From contig CAXXVK010000072.1 in the NCBI GenBank assembly GCA_963676915.2, forward strand, positions 32,001 through 96,000: DNA of 64,000 bases, read 5' to 3'. Of the stretch, positions 35,201 to 46,087 are shown piece by piece; the stretch's first letter is position 1; each line of letters begins with the position of its first letter. Under the pieces are notes generated by a model. That model ran no database searches and had not been told where the DNA came from. It was given only the letters and a program-made list of their open reading frames with translations. A program made the translations under genes and the position numbers. This stretch comes from Myxococcota bacterium. GTDB taxonomy: Bacteria > Myxococcota_A > SURF-8 > G963663525.

Positions 35201-36332
35201 GATGCCTGTTTGAGCGGGGAATGTTATGGCGAGACGAGAGATTGCAACGACGACAACACCTGCACCTCCGACTCCTGCGATCCTGTGCAAGGTTGCCAGA
35301 ACGAGAATCTTCCCGACGAAACGGCATGTGACGACGAGGACGCCTGCACCGTCGAGGATGCCTGCTTCGCCGGAGAATGTCTTGGAAATACAAGGGATTG
35401 CGATGACGATAATCCCTGCACCATCAATGGCTGTGACGTGCAGGAAGGTTGCCAGTCCGAAAGTCTTCCCGACTGGACCAGTTGCGATAGTGCTTCGGAG
35501 GGGGATTTCCAGTGCGTCGATGGACAGTGCTTGTCCATCAGTGACGGCGAGCAGTGTGTGCGACCGATTTCGTTGGAAGTCGGAGTACCGATGGCGCTGA
35601 CCACCGAAGGATTTCTCGATACTTACGCCGAGCACCCTCCGTGCCTGACGCTTTCGACCCTCGGCCCCGAAGTCTTTTTCGAAGTGCAGCCGGAGGCCGG
35701 TGAATATCGGGTAACCCTCACTCCCGATGAGAGTTTCAACCCGGTGCTGTTGCTGTTGGACGAATGTGCGCCTCAAACGTGCCCGACGATCGTAAACGCC
35801 GGAAATTCCGGTGAAATCGAGCAGTTCGCTCCTGTTATCATCGACGAAGATAGCACTTCGCTGCTGCTTGTGGTCGATTCCACCGATCCGACCGAGGTTG
35901 GGGCATTTACCATTCTGTTCGAGAAAATCGAAGCCGTGGACGGCGACATGGATGAGGAAGCCCTGGAAGCCGAAGAAGAATTTCCCGCCGACGAAGATGC
36001 GGATACCTTCGATGAACCATGGGAACAGGAAGATGTTTCCGAGGAAGATTTTGAAGGAGAAGACGAATTCGCAGAACTCGAAATCGAAGTGACAGCCGAG
36101 GAGGAGCTTTCGGGCGAAGCGGACGTTGCCGAAATCACGGAAGAAGACGCAGACGAGGGCGGCAGGAGATCCCGGTACAGGTGGCGATGAAGACGTGCAC
36201 CCCGGCGTGATCGACGACGGCTGCCACACGGTTCCCGTAGATTTTCGAAGTGGAATTTTGTGGATCAGTCTTTTCCTGCTGGGATTCGGTCTGCGGTTTC
36301 GCTGGAATCGACGCAGTTTGAAACGAGATTGA
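32251..36332 (+). CDS. Large secreted/surface protein: pectin-lyase-fold beta-helix, PKD-like and FN3-associated domains, EGF, Cys-rich repeats, acidic linker, GC-TM-basic sorting tail (two frameshifts)
   Basis: Signal peptide …HMAAA-D; VNVTDYGA…GVVYFPAGTY; YYTTNGSDPT; DTNECEEG…CVNTVGGYDC; CGDDIV…EDCDDGN; tail DDGCHT…LWISLFLLGFGLRFRWNRR. The parts join by removing single bases at 33728-30 and 36157-59. Confidence 0.8.
34703..35482 (+). repeat. Five tandem 156-bp (52-aa) Cys-rich coding repeats
   Basis: The unit C-D-D-x-N/D-A-C-T-x-x-D-A-C-x-x-G-x-C-x-G…C-D-D-x-N-x-C-T-x-D-x-C-D-x-x-x-G-C repeats 5 times with exact 156-nt spacing. Confidence 0.88.
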
Positions 36333-36341
36333 ATGATTTGA

Positions 36342-36414
36342 CAAGGTCGGGTGATTTTCACCCGACACTTTTCAAACCATCATCCCTATTGTCGGACGAA
36401 ATCACCCGACCTAC
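36342..36414. repeat. REP doublet, copy 2 (variant)
   Basis: CAAG-GTCGGGTGA-TTT-TCACCCGAC…GTCGGACGAAATCACCCGAC-CTAC, between convergent genes. Confidence 0.75.
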
Positions 36415-36436
36415 TTGTGACTATTCCGATAGACTA

Positions 36437-39054
36437 TTAAGCGGGATTGGGTTCGTCGTCCTCTTTCGGTCGACGTAATGGAATGTCGAAGTAAAACACG
36501 CTTCCCTCTCCAGGCTTGGATTCTACGCTAATGTGCCCGCCGTGAATTTCGACGATGTCCTTGGAAATCGACAAGCCCAGTCCGGTGCCGCCTTTCTTGC
36601 GACGGTTCGAAGAGTCCAACTGCTGGAATTTCTGGAATAATTTGTGTTTCTGTTCCTCGGGAATCCCCGGTCCTTGATCGTGTACGGACACCTTTAGCCG
36701 GTCATTATCAATGATTTGCTGTTCTACACGGACTTCCGCACCTTTTGGTGAGAATTTTACGGCATTGGATACAAGGTTGGTGATGACCTGCACCATTCGA
36801 TCGTGATCGACTTCGGCAACGACAGGTTGTACCGAACACGTCAAGCAGACTTCGGCTTCTTCAGCCATGGACTGTAATCCATCCAACGTGGATTGTATGA
36901 GTTTGCCGATGTCCTCAGGTTCGAAGAAAAACTCCTGTTTGCCGGATTCGATTTTTTCGATATCCAGAATGTCGTTGATCAGTCGGATCAATCGGTCGGT
37001 GTTACCCAACGCCATACGAACGATTCCCGAAGCTTTTTCCGGCAATGTTCCCAGTACTCCACCATTGAGCAATCCCAAGGATCCTTTGATCGCTGTAAGT
37101 GGCGTCCGCAATTCGTGGCTGACGATGGAGATGAACTCGTTTTTCATCCGGTCGATTTCTTTGCGCTCGGAAATATCTCTAAAAATTCCACGAGTTGCAA
37201 AAGGTTGTCCTGCTTCGTATTTGCAAGTAATGCTGCCTTCCACAGGGATTTCCCTGCCGGATTTGGAACGGAAAACCGCTTCGACACGATCCAGCTTTTC
37301 TCCCTGCATCACTTTTTGGAAAGATTCAATGCAATGGTCTTTCGATTCTTCGGAAATGAAATCATCCAAACGAACGTTGCCGTTTAAAATCTCCTGACGG
37401 TCGTATTCCATTGCCTGGCACCATGCTCGGTTGGCATAGCTCAAGCGGCCTTCCACATCGACCATTTGAATCAGGTCGTTGGCGTTTTCGAAAAGATCCC
37501 GATATCGCTTTTCACTTTCCATCAGTGCCTGTTCCGTTTTGCGACGTTCGGTAATATCGCGCAAAACTCCTGCAAACACCACCCGTTCGTTCAATTCCAT
37601 TTTATTGACGGTCAATTCCAGCGGAAAAATCGAATCGTCTTTTCGCTTTCCTTCCACTTCATGCCCTGCACCTACGACTTTGGAATCTCGATGGTCCATG
37701 TACCGAGCAATAAATTTATCGTGTTTTTCGGCAATGTGATAGGGCATGAGAATCTTAACGTTTTTTCCTAAAATTTCCTTTTCGGAATAGCCGAACATCC
37801 GTTGAGCAGCCGGATTGAAGCGCTCGATGATTCCTTCCGAATTGATGGATACGATGCCGTCCACCACCGTCTCGACAAAGGTTCTCATCCGCTTTTCGCT
37901 GTCTTGAAGCAAGCGTTCGTTGAGTTTGCGTGTGGTGATATCGTAAGCGATGGAAGATATGCCCAGAGCCTCTCCCTTGTCTCCATAAATCAGAGAAAGC
38001 GTTAAAGCGACTTCCACCTTGGAGCCGTCGTGACAGATACGAACGGTTTCGAATGGCTCTACATGTAGACCCACCGAAAGACGGTTGTAAAGGCTTTCGA
38101 GTTCCTCCCGTAGCTCTTTAGGAACCAGCACCATGGCGCTTTGGCCTAGCATTTCCTCTTCGGTGTAGCCGAACAGCCGTTCAGCGGCTGCATTCCAGAT
38201 TTGAATTTCACCGTCCAGCGATTCGGCGATAATGGCGTCGTTGGAGCTTTCCACAATGGCGGCGAAGCGGCGGATCTCTTCCCGAGCCTGCATATGTGAA
38301 GTGATGTCCTGCGCTACTCCTAAAAAGCCCGAAATTCCCCGAGTTCATCTCGTAAAGCCGTTATCGACAATCGCACGGGAAAGGACGTTCCATCCTGGCG
38401 AATCAACGTCCATTCATGCTCGTCAGGCATTCCCATCAAGGCTCGAACCGTAAATACTTCCAAACCGGGTTCTACGACACTTCCCAACTCTTCCGTAAGC
38501 ATCTGAGCCCGCATTAGGATTTCGTCTGGGTCGTGGAACAAGGTCCAGAATTCTTCATCCATGACGTCTTGTGCGGAAACTCCCAGTTTTCTTTCGCTCG
38601 TACGATTGAAAACCTTGATTCTTCCCGATTCATCCGTCGAGAAAATCATATAGTTCGTGCTGTCCAGAATGGCCTGATACAGCGTTTCATCCGCGTTTTT
38701 CTGGAAAAAATGCTTTACCGCCGTAATGTCGCGCAAAACGATGTAGGTTTCGTTTTCCACAACACGAGTATGCCATTCCATCCATTTATACATACCGTCT
38801 TGGCAACGAAACCGATTTTCGAATTTTACAACGCGACCTCCAGGCAAAACCTGGCGTATTTCTTCAGAGGTTCTTTCACGGTCTTTGGGATGTACGAAAT
38901 CAAGCAGGGGTTTGGAAAGCAGCTCTTCTTGTGAATGGCCGAAAGCTTTGCAAAATGCGGGATTGACTTCTTTCAAATAGCCATCGTTCCCGATGATGCC
39001 AAACGAATCCATGGCCATCTGGAAAAAGTGATCGGTTTCTCGATCCGAACGCAT
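36437..39054 (-). CDS. Multi-PAS sensor histidine kinase (frameshift at about 38325-38334)
   Basis: About five PAS domains plus SHELRTPL, NLVSNAVKF, DQGPGI and GTGLGL. One missing base joins …DELGEF to GFLGVAQDITSHMQAREE. Confidence 0.88.
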
Positions 39055-39577
39055 ACCTTTACCCATTCTTGCTTGGACCCCTTTGAACAGTGACCCTTTT
39101 GCAATGTTATTAACCTTTTTTCTCATACAATTGTATTGAAAGCCCCATATTTTTTTCTTTTTTCATCCATTCCTGTCGAATTCTCGACACGGAAAAAAAT
39201 TGTCAAAACCCGAGGCGCTTTTTTCAGCAACTGACAAAAAGTGTCAATTCCACTGTATATAACCTTAAAAATCACCTGTTCAAGCCATTTACATCTACTG
39301 TTTAGGGCTGTTTTGATGCTGATGCATTATTTCTCGGATTTGGCTAAAATACATTAAATATCTATTGTTATGCTGCAAGAATTAACTAAAAAGTCAATGA
39401 AACAAAACATGGCACGGTTGATGCAATTTCAAAGAGCATCGTTACTTTGAAACAAAAATCGCTCTTTCCAAACCGGATGACATCGACGCGGAACCTTTGG
39501 TTTCGCTGTGAATATCGTGTGTGACTCTGCCAAAGCCAAGGGGACGTGGGTAAGCAGGTAGCAGCTATAAGGGGGGA

Positions 39578-39611
39578 ACCCCGCCTCAAATGAGGCGGGG
39601 TAATTTTTTTT
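39578..39611 (+). terminator. Rho-independent terminator-like hairpin
   Basis: ACCCCGCCTCA-AA-TGAGGCGGGGT followed by AA-T8 on the + strand. Confidence 0.7.
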
Positions 39612-39656
39612 GTTCCAAACAGAGAGAACCTTTGAAACGCTTTTTTTAGGGCTTGT

Positions 39657-40682
39657 TCACATTCCGAACGCTAGCATTGTCGCTCCGACCAACAAACCGA
39701 CCACGAAGTTGATTGCCTTGACTTTCAGGAATCCCATTCGGGAATTGGCCAACAGGGGAAGCAGTCCGTGGCCATCCTGCACGATGGAACTTGTTACGAG
39801 AATGCTTAGTGGAATGCTGCCGGTCGCGAAAAGCGACACGAAAATCAAATGAGGACCGGACTCGGGTAAAAGTCCCAACATTGCAGCGAATAGAAGCACC
39901 AGCCAGACATTCGAACGAACCACATTGTCCAAATGGAAATAATGATCCAGAAGATGTACACCACCGATCACTACAACGGCCCAGAAAAAGAGTCGAGGCA
40001 GATGGGATTTGACGACGTGCTCCCAAACGTGGTCTTCAAGGAAATGGTCGGAAACCGTAGCCAGCACCAGCAACGTCAACCCACTTACAACCAGAATCGT
40101 AACGGTGACCCACAACGGTGCTTCGTGTCCGATGCGACCGGTTGCGATGGCCAGCGCATAGAGCGACAGGACGAAAAACGGAATCCCTCTGGCAGGAGAC
40201 AAGTTACGGATTTCTTTCAAGGTTTGCTTGTCCGGCAAAATTTTAAGGGCATACTCTTTATGGACGTGCAACTCGTGACAGTATTTTGAGTCGTCTTCGG
40301 TTTTCCGTGTAAAAAGTAGGTCGGTCAACGCGCCACTTGCAATTCCCAACACAAAAAGCCCGCCGAAAAGCCACAGAGCCGTTTCGGGAACCATTCCCAG
40401 CATCACGAAAGATTCATCGCCGGAGGTTGCGATCATACATGCCACAACCGCGCCGAGACTGACCAGCCGGTGTGTGTAAAGAGTTACCAGGGTAAATGCG
40501 CCCAGGCATCCGGGAATTATCCCCAGAAACGCAGCGAGGCCGTATTGCATCCAGCGAGATTTCCCCAGCCCCGATTGCAGACGTCCCAGTGTAATGACAT
40601 TAATATACTCTACGAGAATCATCATGGTGGCCACGAATCCCGTGACCATCAAGGCATGTTCGCCCAATTCGAAAAGTTCCAT
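39657..40682 (-). CDS. Putative manganese transporter / arsenic-efflux-type membrane protein (DUF2899-like)
   Basis: GIIPGCLGAF, ATSGDESF, HFLEDHVWEH, PESGPHL and IVQDGHG motifs; multi-TM. Confidence 0.8.
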   Translation of the reverse strand: MELFELGEHALMVTGFVATMMILVEYINVITLGRLQSGLGKSRWMQYGLAAFLGIIPGCLGAFTLVTLYTHRLVSLGAVVACMIATSGDESFVMLGMVPETALWLFGGLFVLGIASGALTDLLFTRKTEDDSKYCHELHVHKEYALKILPDKQTLKEIRNLSPARGIPFFVLSLYALAIATGRIGHEAPLWVTVTILVVSGLTLLVLATVSDHFLEDHVWEHVVKSHLPRLFFWAVVVIGGVHLLDHYFHLDNVVRSNVWLVLLFAAMLGLLPESGPHLIFVSLFATGSIPLSILVTSSIVQDGHGLLPLLANSRMGFLKVKAINFVVGLLVGATMLAFGM

Positions 40683-41163
40683 GGAAACCTCAATATTGTT
40701 TTCCTTTGTTTCGCCAGTAGATAATAGGACGACCTTCAGGAAAAACAAGCGGGACAATGGTTCCATTCAGAAATTTTCTCTTTTTTTTCCATAACTTCGG
40801 TGCGTTCCAACAATCGGCTCAAGAGTATTGATCTTGTGTAAGGAGTGTGTTAGGCTTCACTTACTGGAGGGAGAATCCTGGAGTTCTTCTCGTGTTTTCG
40901 TTATTTAGGGGCGATAAGACCGAAACCACGTCATATTAACTATCAACTCCGCATTCAAGCTTCCGAGCGGCCATCCGTTCCCACAAGCTTTCGATTCGTC
41001 GCCGCCTTCCGGTTGAAAGTCACCTTGACGCCGGTCCATTTTTGTTTGTTTCACGAGTTTTGAAACCGGACCCAAGGCATACCCGCCGTGTCGGTGCATC
41101 GCGCTTGGAGGTGGAATCTCGTTTGCCAGGCGGAACATTGACTAGCAGTGGAAAGGAGTTGGA

Positions 41164-42981
41164 ATGACACAGGAAAATGTACTTTTTGAAGCTACGGAAA
41201 CACAGGAACATTCATCTTTTTTCCATACGTTACTCGAAGAAGAAACGGAATTTTTCGCAACTCTGAGCCATTGCAAGTCGTTGGAGGATGCCAAGCAGCA
41301 TATCACCGATCACGTCGCTCTCTGGGAACATCAGGCGTTTTCGAACGAAAACCGCAGTATCGATGAAGTAAGCCGCGTGCGCGATTGCGCCAGCCAGTTT
41401 CGTTCCATGCTTACCGAACGTGCGGAAAAAGCCAGTGGTTTCAGTCTGGCAGAGACCCTTTACGAACTTGCCACCGAACCCCAGCGATTGAAGAATTGCA
41501 AACCCGGTTTCTTTGCCGAATTATTGTTTCTTTTCAGAGGCTTGGAAAACCGTTTCAAAGTGGAAGACAAGGCCGATTTTCGTATGGACAACGAATTGTC
41601 CGGCCGGGATGCTTCCTTGAAACGTTCCAATCAACTCGACCGACTGGCTGAGATGTCCGATTTCTTCATGAATCGGTATCGACATGGACTGGAACCGGAA
41701 ATCGTCGAACTGCGTGAAAAAAACAAGCAACACATCCTCGAAGTGCTCCAGGGAACCGAGAAAAACTGGACAGACTGGGTTTGGCAAACACGCAATGTCG
41801 TGAAAGATCCGAAAAAACTGGATCGTCTCGTATCCTTGAGCGATACGGAACGGACGAGCATCGAAAAGGCTCTGCGCCTGAACCTTCCTTTTGGGGTTAC
41901 GCCTTTTTATCTTTCATTGATGGGTGGCGAGCAAGGGCAGGATCGTTCCTTGCGCTATCAGGTTTTCCCGCCTTCGCAGTACGTCGAAACCATGGAAGCC
42001 CACCGGGACGACCTGGAATACAGCATGGATTTCATGGGCGAACACGACACCTCGCCGGAAGACCTGATCACCCGGCGCTATGTCGGGGTGCTGATTCTCA
42101 AACCGTACAATACCTGCCCACAGATTTGCGTTTACTGTCAACGCAACTGGGAAATCGACAGCGCCATGGCTCCCAATGCCATGGCATCCCCCGAAGAACT
42201 GGAACGTGCCATCGAATGGATTGCCGAGCATCCATCCATCCACGAGGTGCTTGTCACCGGCGGCGATCCGCTGATTCTGGGAGACGGTCGCATCCGCAAG
42301 ATTCTGGAACGCCTCGCCGAAATCGATTCGATCGAGCGCATCCGTATCGGCACCCGGATTCCGGTCACGATGCCTATGCGCATCACCTCGGAACTTGCCG
42401 ATATGTTGGGAGAAATCCGAGATCCCGGTCGTTTGGCGCTGGATGTCGTCACGCACATTCAACACCCATACGAAATCAACCCGGACATGGTGCTGGCCGT
42501 CGACCGTCTGAGGACACGCGGTATCATGGTGTACAATCAGATGGTCTATACTTTCTTCAATTCCCGACGTTTCGAAGCATCGTATTTAAGGCGATTGCTC
42601 AAACGTGTCGGCGTAGATCCCTACTATACGTTCAATGCCAAAGGCAAAGAGGAAACCGTAGACTACCGGGTACCGATCGCTCGACTGCTCCAAGAGCAAA
42701 AAGAAGAAACAAGACTCTCCCCCGGTCTGGCTCGAACGGACGAGGCCGTGTTCAATGTTCCGCTTTTGGGCAAAAATTATCTTCGAGCGAACCAGTATCA
42801 CGACTGGATCGGTCTTGCTCCCGACGGATCGAGAATTTTCGAGTTTCATCCCTGGGAACGCAACATCGCCAAGCAGGATACCTACGTCTACCAAGATGTC
42901 CCAATCCTGAGTTATCTCAATCGTCTACAGAACATTGGCGAAAACCCGGACGATTACAGTACGATTTGGTATTATTTCTGA
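41164..42981 (+). CDS. KamA-family radical SAM protein (long form)
   Basis: CPQICVYCQR, ITRRY, VLVTGGDPL, RIRIGTRIPV, WTDWVWQTRN and LGKN. Confidence 0.9.
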   Translation: MTQENVLFEATETQEHSSFFHTLLEEETEFFATLSHCKSLEDAKQHITDHVALWEHQAFSNENRSIDEVSRVRDCASQFRSMLTERAEKASGFSLAETLYELATEPQRLKNCKPGFFAELLFLFRGLENRFKVEDKADFRMDNELSGRDASLKRSNQLDRLAEMSDFFMNRYRHGLEPEIVELREKNKQHILEVLQGTEKNWTDWVWQTRNVVKDPKKLDRLVSLSDTERTSIEKALRLNLPFGVTPFYLSLMGGEQGQDRSLRYQVFPPSQYVETMEAHRDDLEYSMDFMGEHDTSPEDLITRRYVGVLILKPYNTCPQICVYCQRNWEIDSAMAPNAMASPEELERAIEWIAEHPSIHEVLVTGGDPLILGDGRIRKILERLAEIDSIERIRIGTRIPVTMPMRITSELADMLGEIRDPGRLALDVVTHIQHPYEINPDMVLAVDRLRTRGIMVYNQMVYTFFNSRRFEASYLRRLLKRVGVDPYYTFNAKGKEETVDYRVPIARLLQEQKEETRLSPGLARTDEAVFNVPLLGKNYLRANQYHDWIGLAPDGSRIFEFHPWERNIAKQDTYVYQDVPILSYLNRLQNIGENPDDYSTIWYYF

Positions 42982-43003
42982 TTGTTTGGGGAAATAGGAT
43001 TCG

Positions 43004-44017
43004 CTATAAGCCCATCTTTTTTTCCAAGGCGTCCGCCAGTCGAATGGCTCCTTCGCCGTCGATGAGTTGTCGGCCTTTTTCGGAGAGACTCTTTCGTGTG
43101 TCGGGATCTTCCAGAATTCCAGACATCAATTCGGTTACCCGGTTGGAAGGCGTACACTTCAGCGATCCGTAATAGATGGCAGCCTTGCACTTGGATACTC
43201 GCACGGCCTCTTCTCGCTGAATACGGTGGATGGAACCGATCATACACGGAACACCTAGCGTCAGGGCTTCCATCATGCGAAGACCTGGAAACGAGATAAA
43301 ACCATCCGTTTCGGCAAATAGCGGTTCAAAATTGCTGGGTGGCTCGATGATTTTCAGCCGATGCGGCGCGATGGCGGCGACGTGTTCCAATTCCCGGCGA
43401 TGAATCGCGTCTTTGGGTAACGGCACGGTGATTTCGAGATTGTCACCAAACGCGTTTTCCAGAATACGCACGGTCGAACCCACGGCAAAACCCGGATCGG
43501 ATTCGGTCCAGATGAGGATTTTTTTCATCACGGGAACGATCTCTCGCTCCTGTTCACGTGCTTCTCGAACGCTTTTCCGAATCGGAATGTAGCGGTATCC
43601 GCCAACGCGGGAGGGAGACCCGTTTCGTACTGGGTGCAAAAACGGTCCTACCAGTAGATCGGCGGATTTTTGGCTGATAGGAAGAGGGGTCACTGCCGCG
43701 AGAGGACGGATTTTGCGGACCTGCTGAAGCTGATCTTCGTCTAAATCCGGGCGGTCGATCCAGATACAGTCGATTTTTTCTTCTGCAACGAGATCCTTGA
43801 AAAACAACAGGTCTTCGTTCCAGTGACATTTTGGATCGATCTCGACTTTTTTGATGGGCAGGTCGTCGAAGGCATTGTCCAGCCAGGTGGGAAGCGTTTT
43901 GGAAAGCAACACGCATTGGTGCCCACGCGAGGTGAATTCCTCAACCATGGCAGCGGTATGGAGCACGCTGTCCGACCCGATCACCGGGTTGCTTTCACAA
44001 TGCATCAGAATGCGCAT
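43004..44017 (-). CDS. PseG/SpsG-like GT-B-fold protein
   Basis: N-terminal ILMHCESNPVIG, YRYIPIRK, ISFPGLRMMEALTLGVP and LIDGEGAIRL match the PseG/SpsG layout. Confidence 0.7.
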   Translation of the reverse strand: MRILMHCESNPVIGSDSVLHTAAMVEEFTSRGHQCVLLSKTLPTWLDNAFDDLPIKKVEIDPKCHWNEDLLFFKDLVAEEKIDCIWIDRPDLDEDQLQQVRKIRPLAAVTPLPISQKSADLLVGPFLHPVRNGSPSRVGGYRYIPIRKSVREAREQEREIVPVMKKILIWTESDPGFAVGSTVRILENAFGDNLEITVPLPKDAIHRRELEHVAAIAPHRLKIIEPPSNFEPLFAETDGFISFPGLRMMEALTLGVPCMIGSIHRIQREEAVRVSKCKAAIYYGSLKCTPSNRVTELMSGILEDPDTRKSLSEKGRQLIDGEGAIRLADALEKKMGL

Positions 44018-44638
44018 ACAACGTCCTTCGTGACCAATTCCTCCATATTATTAAGCTATATTATCATAAATAAGTTTTAATTACCACTTAATATTGCATA
44101 ACAATATAAAACTTTTGACTGGGATTTTCCACTACCATTCTTTCCCCGTCGGAAAGGCAGGAAACTCGAAGTCCACGATCCGGTTCAAAACGTTGTCCCA
44201 CGGAAAAGGGACGACAAGATTATCCATAAGATCATCAATGCATGAATTTGCAACAGTGTACCTGATTTTTTGCATGTTGAATAGACTTTTCTTTTTCAGG
44301 AAAACATTCCATCGACATGTTTCGTTATTGCAACGTTGCAAACCATGAAAAGACACTAGAAGCCATCCTAAAAATACACTCCTCTCGTCTTTCGGATGCT
44401 TTCGGTCGACTTCGCCGCCGGTCTCGACTTGAAAGACTCCCGGTATTCCGCGTCTCGCCAACGACGAATTCGTCTCGAAATCACCTCGAAATCCTCGGTC
44501 GGTAGTTTTAGGATGACTTCTAGAAAAGGTTCAATTTACACAATTACGATGTTTCAACGTTCTTTTCCACAAGGATACTTGCACTATTCAACGTTTTGAC
44601 TATGATGCCACCGGCAGAACAAATACGGAGGTTCGCCG

Positions 44639-46087
44639 ATGTTGTACGATGTTGTAATTATCGGAGGCGGTGTCGTCGGCTGCTGCATCGCGAGAGAGCT
44701 GTCACGCTACAAACTGAAATGCGCGCTTATTGAAAAAGAGTGCGAAGTCGGTTTCGGCACCACGAAAACCAACAGTGGAATCATTCACGCCGGTCATCAC
44801 TCCCCACCGGAAACCGTCAAAGGAAGCCTGGTCGTTCGCGGAAACGAACTGTACGAACAGCTTCACAAAGATCTGAAATTCGGTTTCGAGCGTATCGGAG
44901 AATTGACCGTTGCTCTGAACGAGGAAGACCTGCCGGTTCTGGAGCATTTGCGGGAACAGGGCGAGAAAAAAGGTGTCCCCGGCATCGAAATGTGGGATCG
45001 CAAACGCCTGCGCCGGGAAGAACCCAACCTCAGCCCCAATCTCATCGCTGCGCTGCATACGCCGTCCGCAGGGGTTATCAATCCCTACGAACTCAGTTTC
45101 GGTCTGGCGGAATCCGCCATGAACAACGGCGTGGAAATGATCATGGAAAATCCCGTCGTCGGCATCGAAGCCAAAGACGGGGTTCTGACGGTCAAAGGGG
45201 CGCGAACCACGGTTTCGGGTCGGTTCGTGATCAACGCCGCCGGTGTTTTCGCCGATAAAATCGCCAATCTGCTGGGTATGAACGATTTCTCGATTCATCC
45301 CCGCAAAGGTGAGGAATACCTGCTCGATAAACGCCTGAAGGGCATTGTCAAGCGGCTGATTTTCCCGACGCCTCAGCCGAAAAGCAAGGGCATCCTGATT
45401 ATCCCCACGTTCGACGGCACCTTGATGGTCGGTCCGACCGCCGAGGATATGGACGACCGTGAAAACGTGGATACGTCTCTTGAGGGATCGAAAAAGGTTT
45501 TCGAATCGATCCGAAAATACTGTTCGGCCATTTCCGAGCGGGACACGATTACCGAATTCGCAGGACTTCGCGCCGTATCGAGCACCAACGATTTCATTAT
45601 CGGCCCGACTTCGGTAAAGGGATTTATCAACGTGGCGGGAATCCAGTCTCCCGGCCTGACCGCCGCCCCGGCCATCGCCGAGTATGTTCGCAATATCCTG
45701 AAAGACGAAGGCTTGGAGCTTATCGAGCGGGACGATTGGGAGCCGGAAATCGAAGGTCCGGTCCGTTTCGCGCTGCTCAGTGCCGAAGAACGAAAAGAAC
45801 TGGCTCGTAAAGATCCCCGACACGGGCGGATCGTCTGCCGCTGCGAAGTCGTCACCGAAGGCGAAGTGATCGACGCCATCAAGCACGGTGCTCGCACGCT
45901 GGACGGGGTGAAATTCCGCGTCCGCGCTGGAATGGGGCGCTGCCAGGGAGGGTTCTGCACGGCAAGAGTGATGGAAATTCTCGCCGAACAGACGGGAGTT
46001 CCTTTCGAGGAAATCACGAAACGAGGCAAGGGGTCCGAACTGTTCTATCCCCGCTGGGACCATGACGATCAAGGAGACGAACAATGA
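44639..46087 (+). CDS. FAD-dependent oxidoreductase (GlpA/LhgO-like) with C-terminal BFD-like [2Fe-2S] domain
   Basis: [28 protein letters not shown] and [11 protein letters not shown]…[12 protein letters not shown]. Confidence 0.9.
   Translation: MLYDVVIIGGGVVGCCIARELSRYKLKCALIEKECEVGFGTTKTNSGIIHAGHHSPPETVKGSLVVRGNELYEQLHKDLKFGFERIGELTVALNEEDLPVLEHLREQGEKKGVPGIEMWDRKRLRREEPNLSPNLIAALHTPSAGVINPYELSFGLAESAMNNGVEMIMENPVVGIEAKDGVLTVKGARTTVSGRFVINAAGVFADKIANLLGMNDFSIHPRKGEEYLLDKRLKGIVKRLIFPTPQPKSKGILIIPTFDGTLMVGPTAEDMDDRENVDTSLEGSKKVFESIRKYCSAISERDTITEFAGLRAVSSTNDFIIGPTSVKGFINVAGIQSPGLTAAPAIAEYVRNILKDEGLELIERDDWEPEIEGPVRFALLSAEERKELARKDPRHGRIVCRCEVVTEGEVIDAIKHGARTLDGVKFRVRAGMGRCQGGFCTARVMEILAEQTGVPFEEITKRGKGSELFYPRWDHDDQGDEQ

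Noticed and set aside
34703-35482. CRISPR-like periodic repeats
   Set aside because: They are in-frame, degenerate 156-bp coding repeats with no spacer structure, and no cas genes are present.
40800-41163. Lysine riboswitch upstream of the KamA-family gene
   Set aside because: The L-box consensus elements could not be found by eye; an Rfam scan is needed.
41781-43172. 463-aa alternative-frame ORF (and similar long shadow ORFs at 44702-46165, 34985-36361, 30520-31659, 62484-63503)
   Set aside because: They overlap well-supported genes, have no recognisable motifs, and are expected from codon bias.
44132-44560. Small minus-strand ORFs between the PseG-like gene and the oxidoreductase operon
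   Set aside because: No clear start/RBS or motif, so they cannot be supported as genes.
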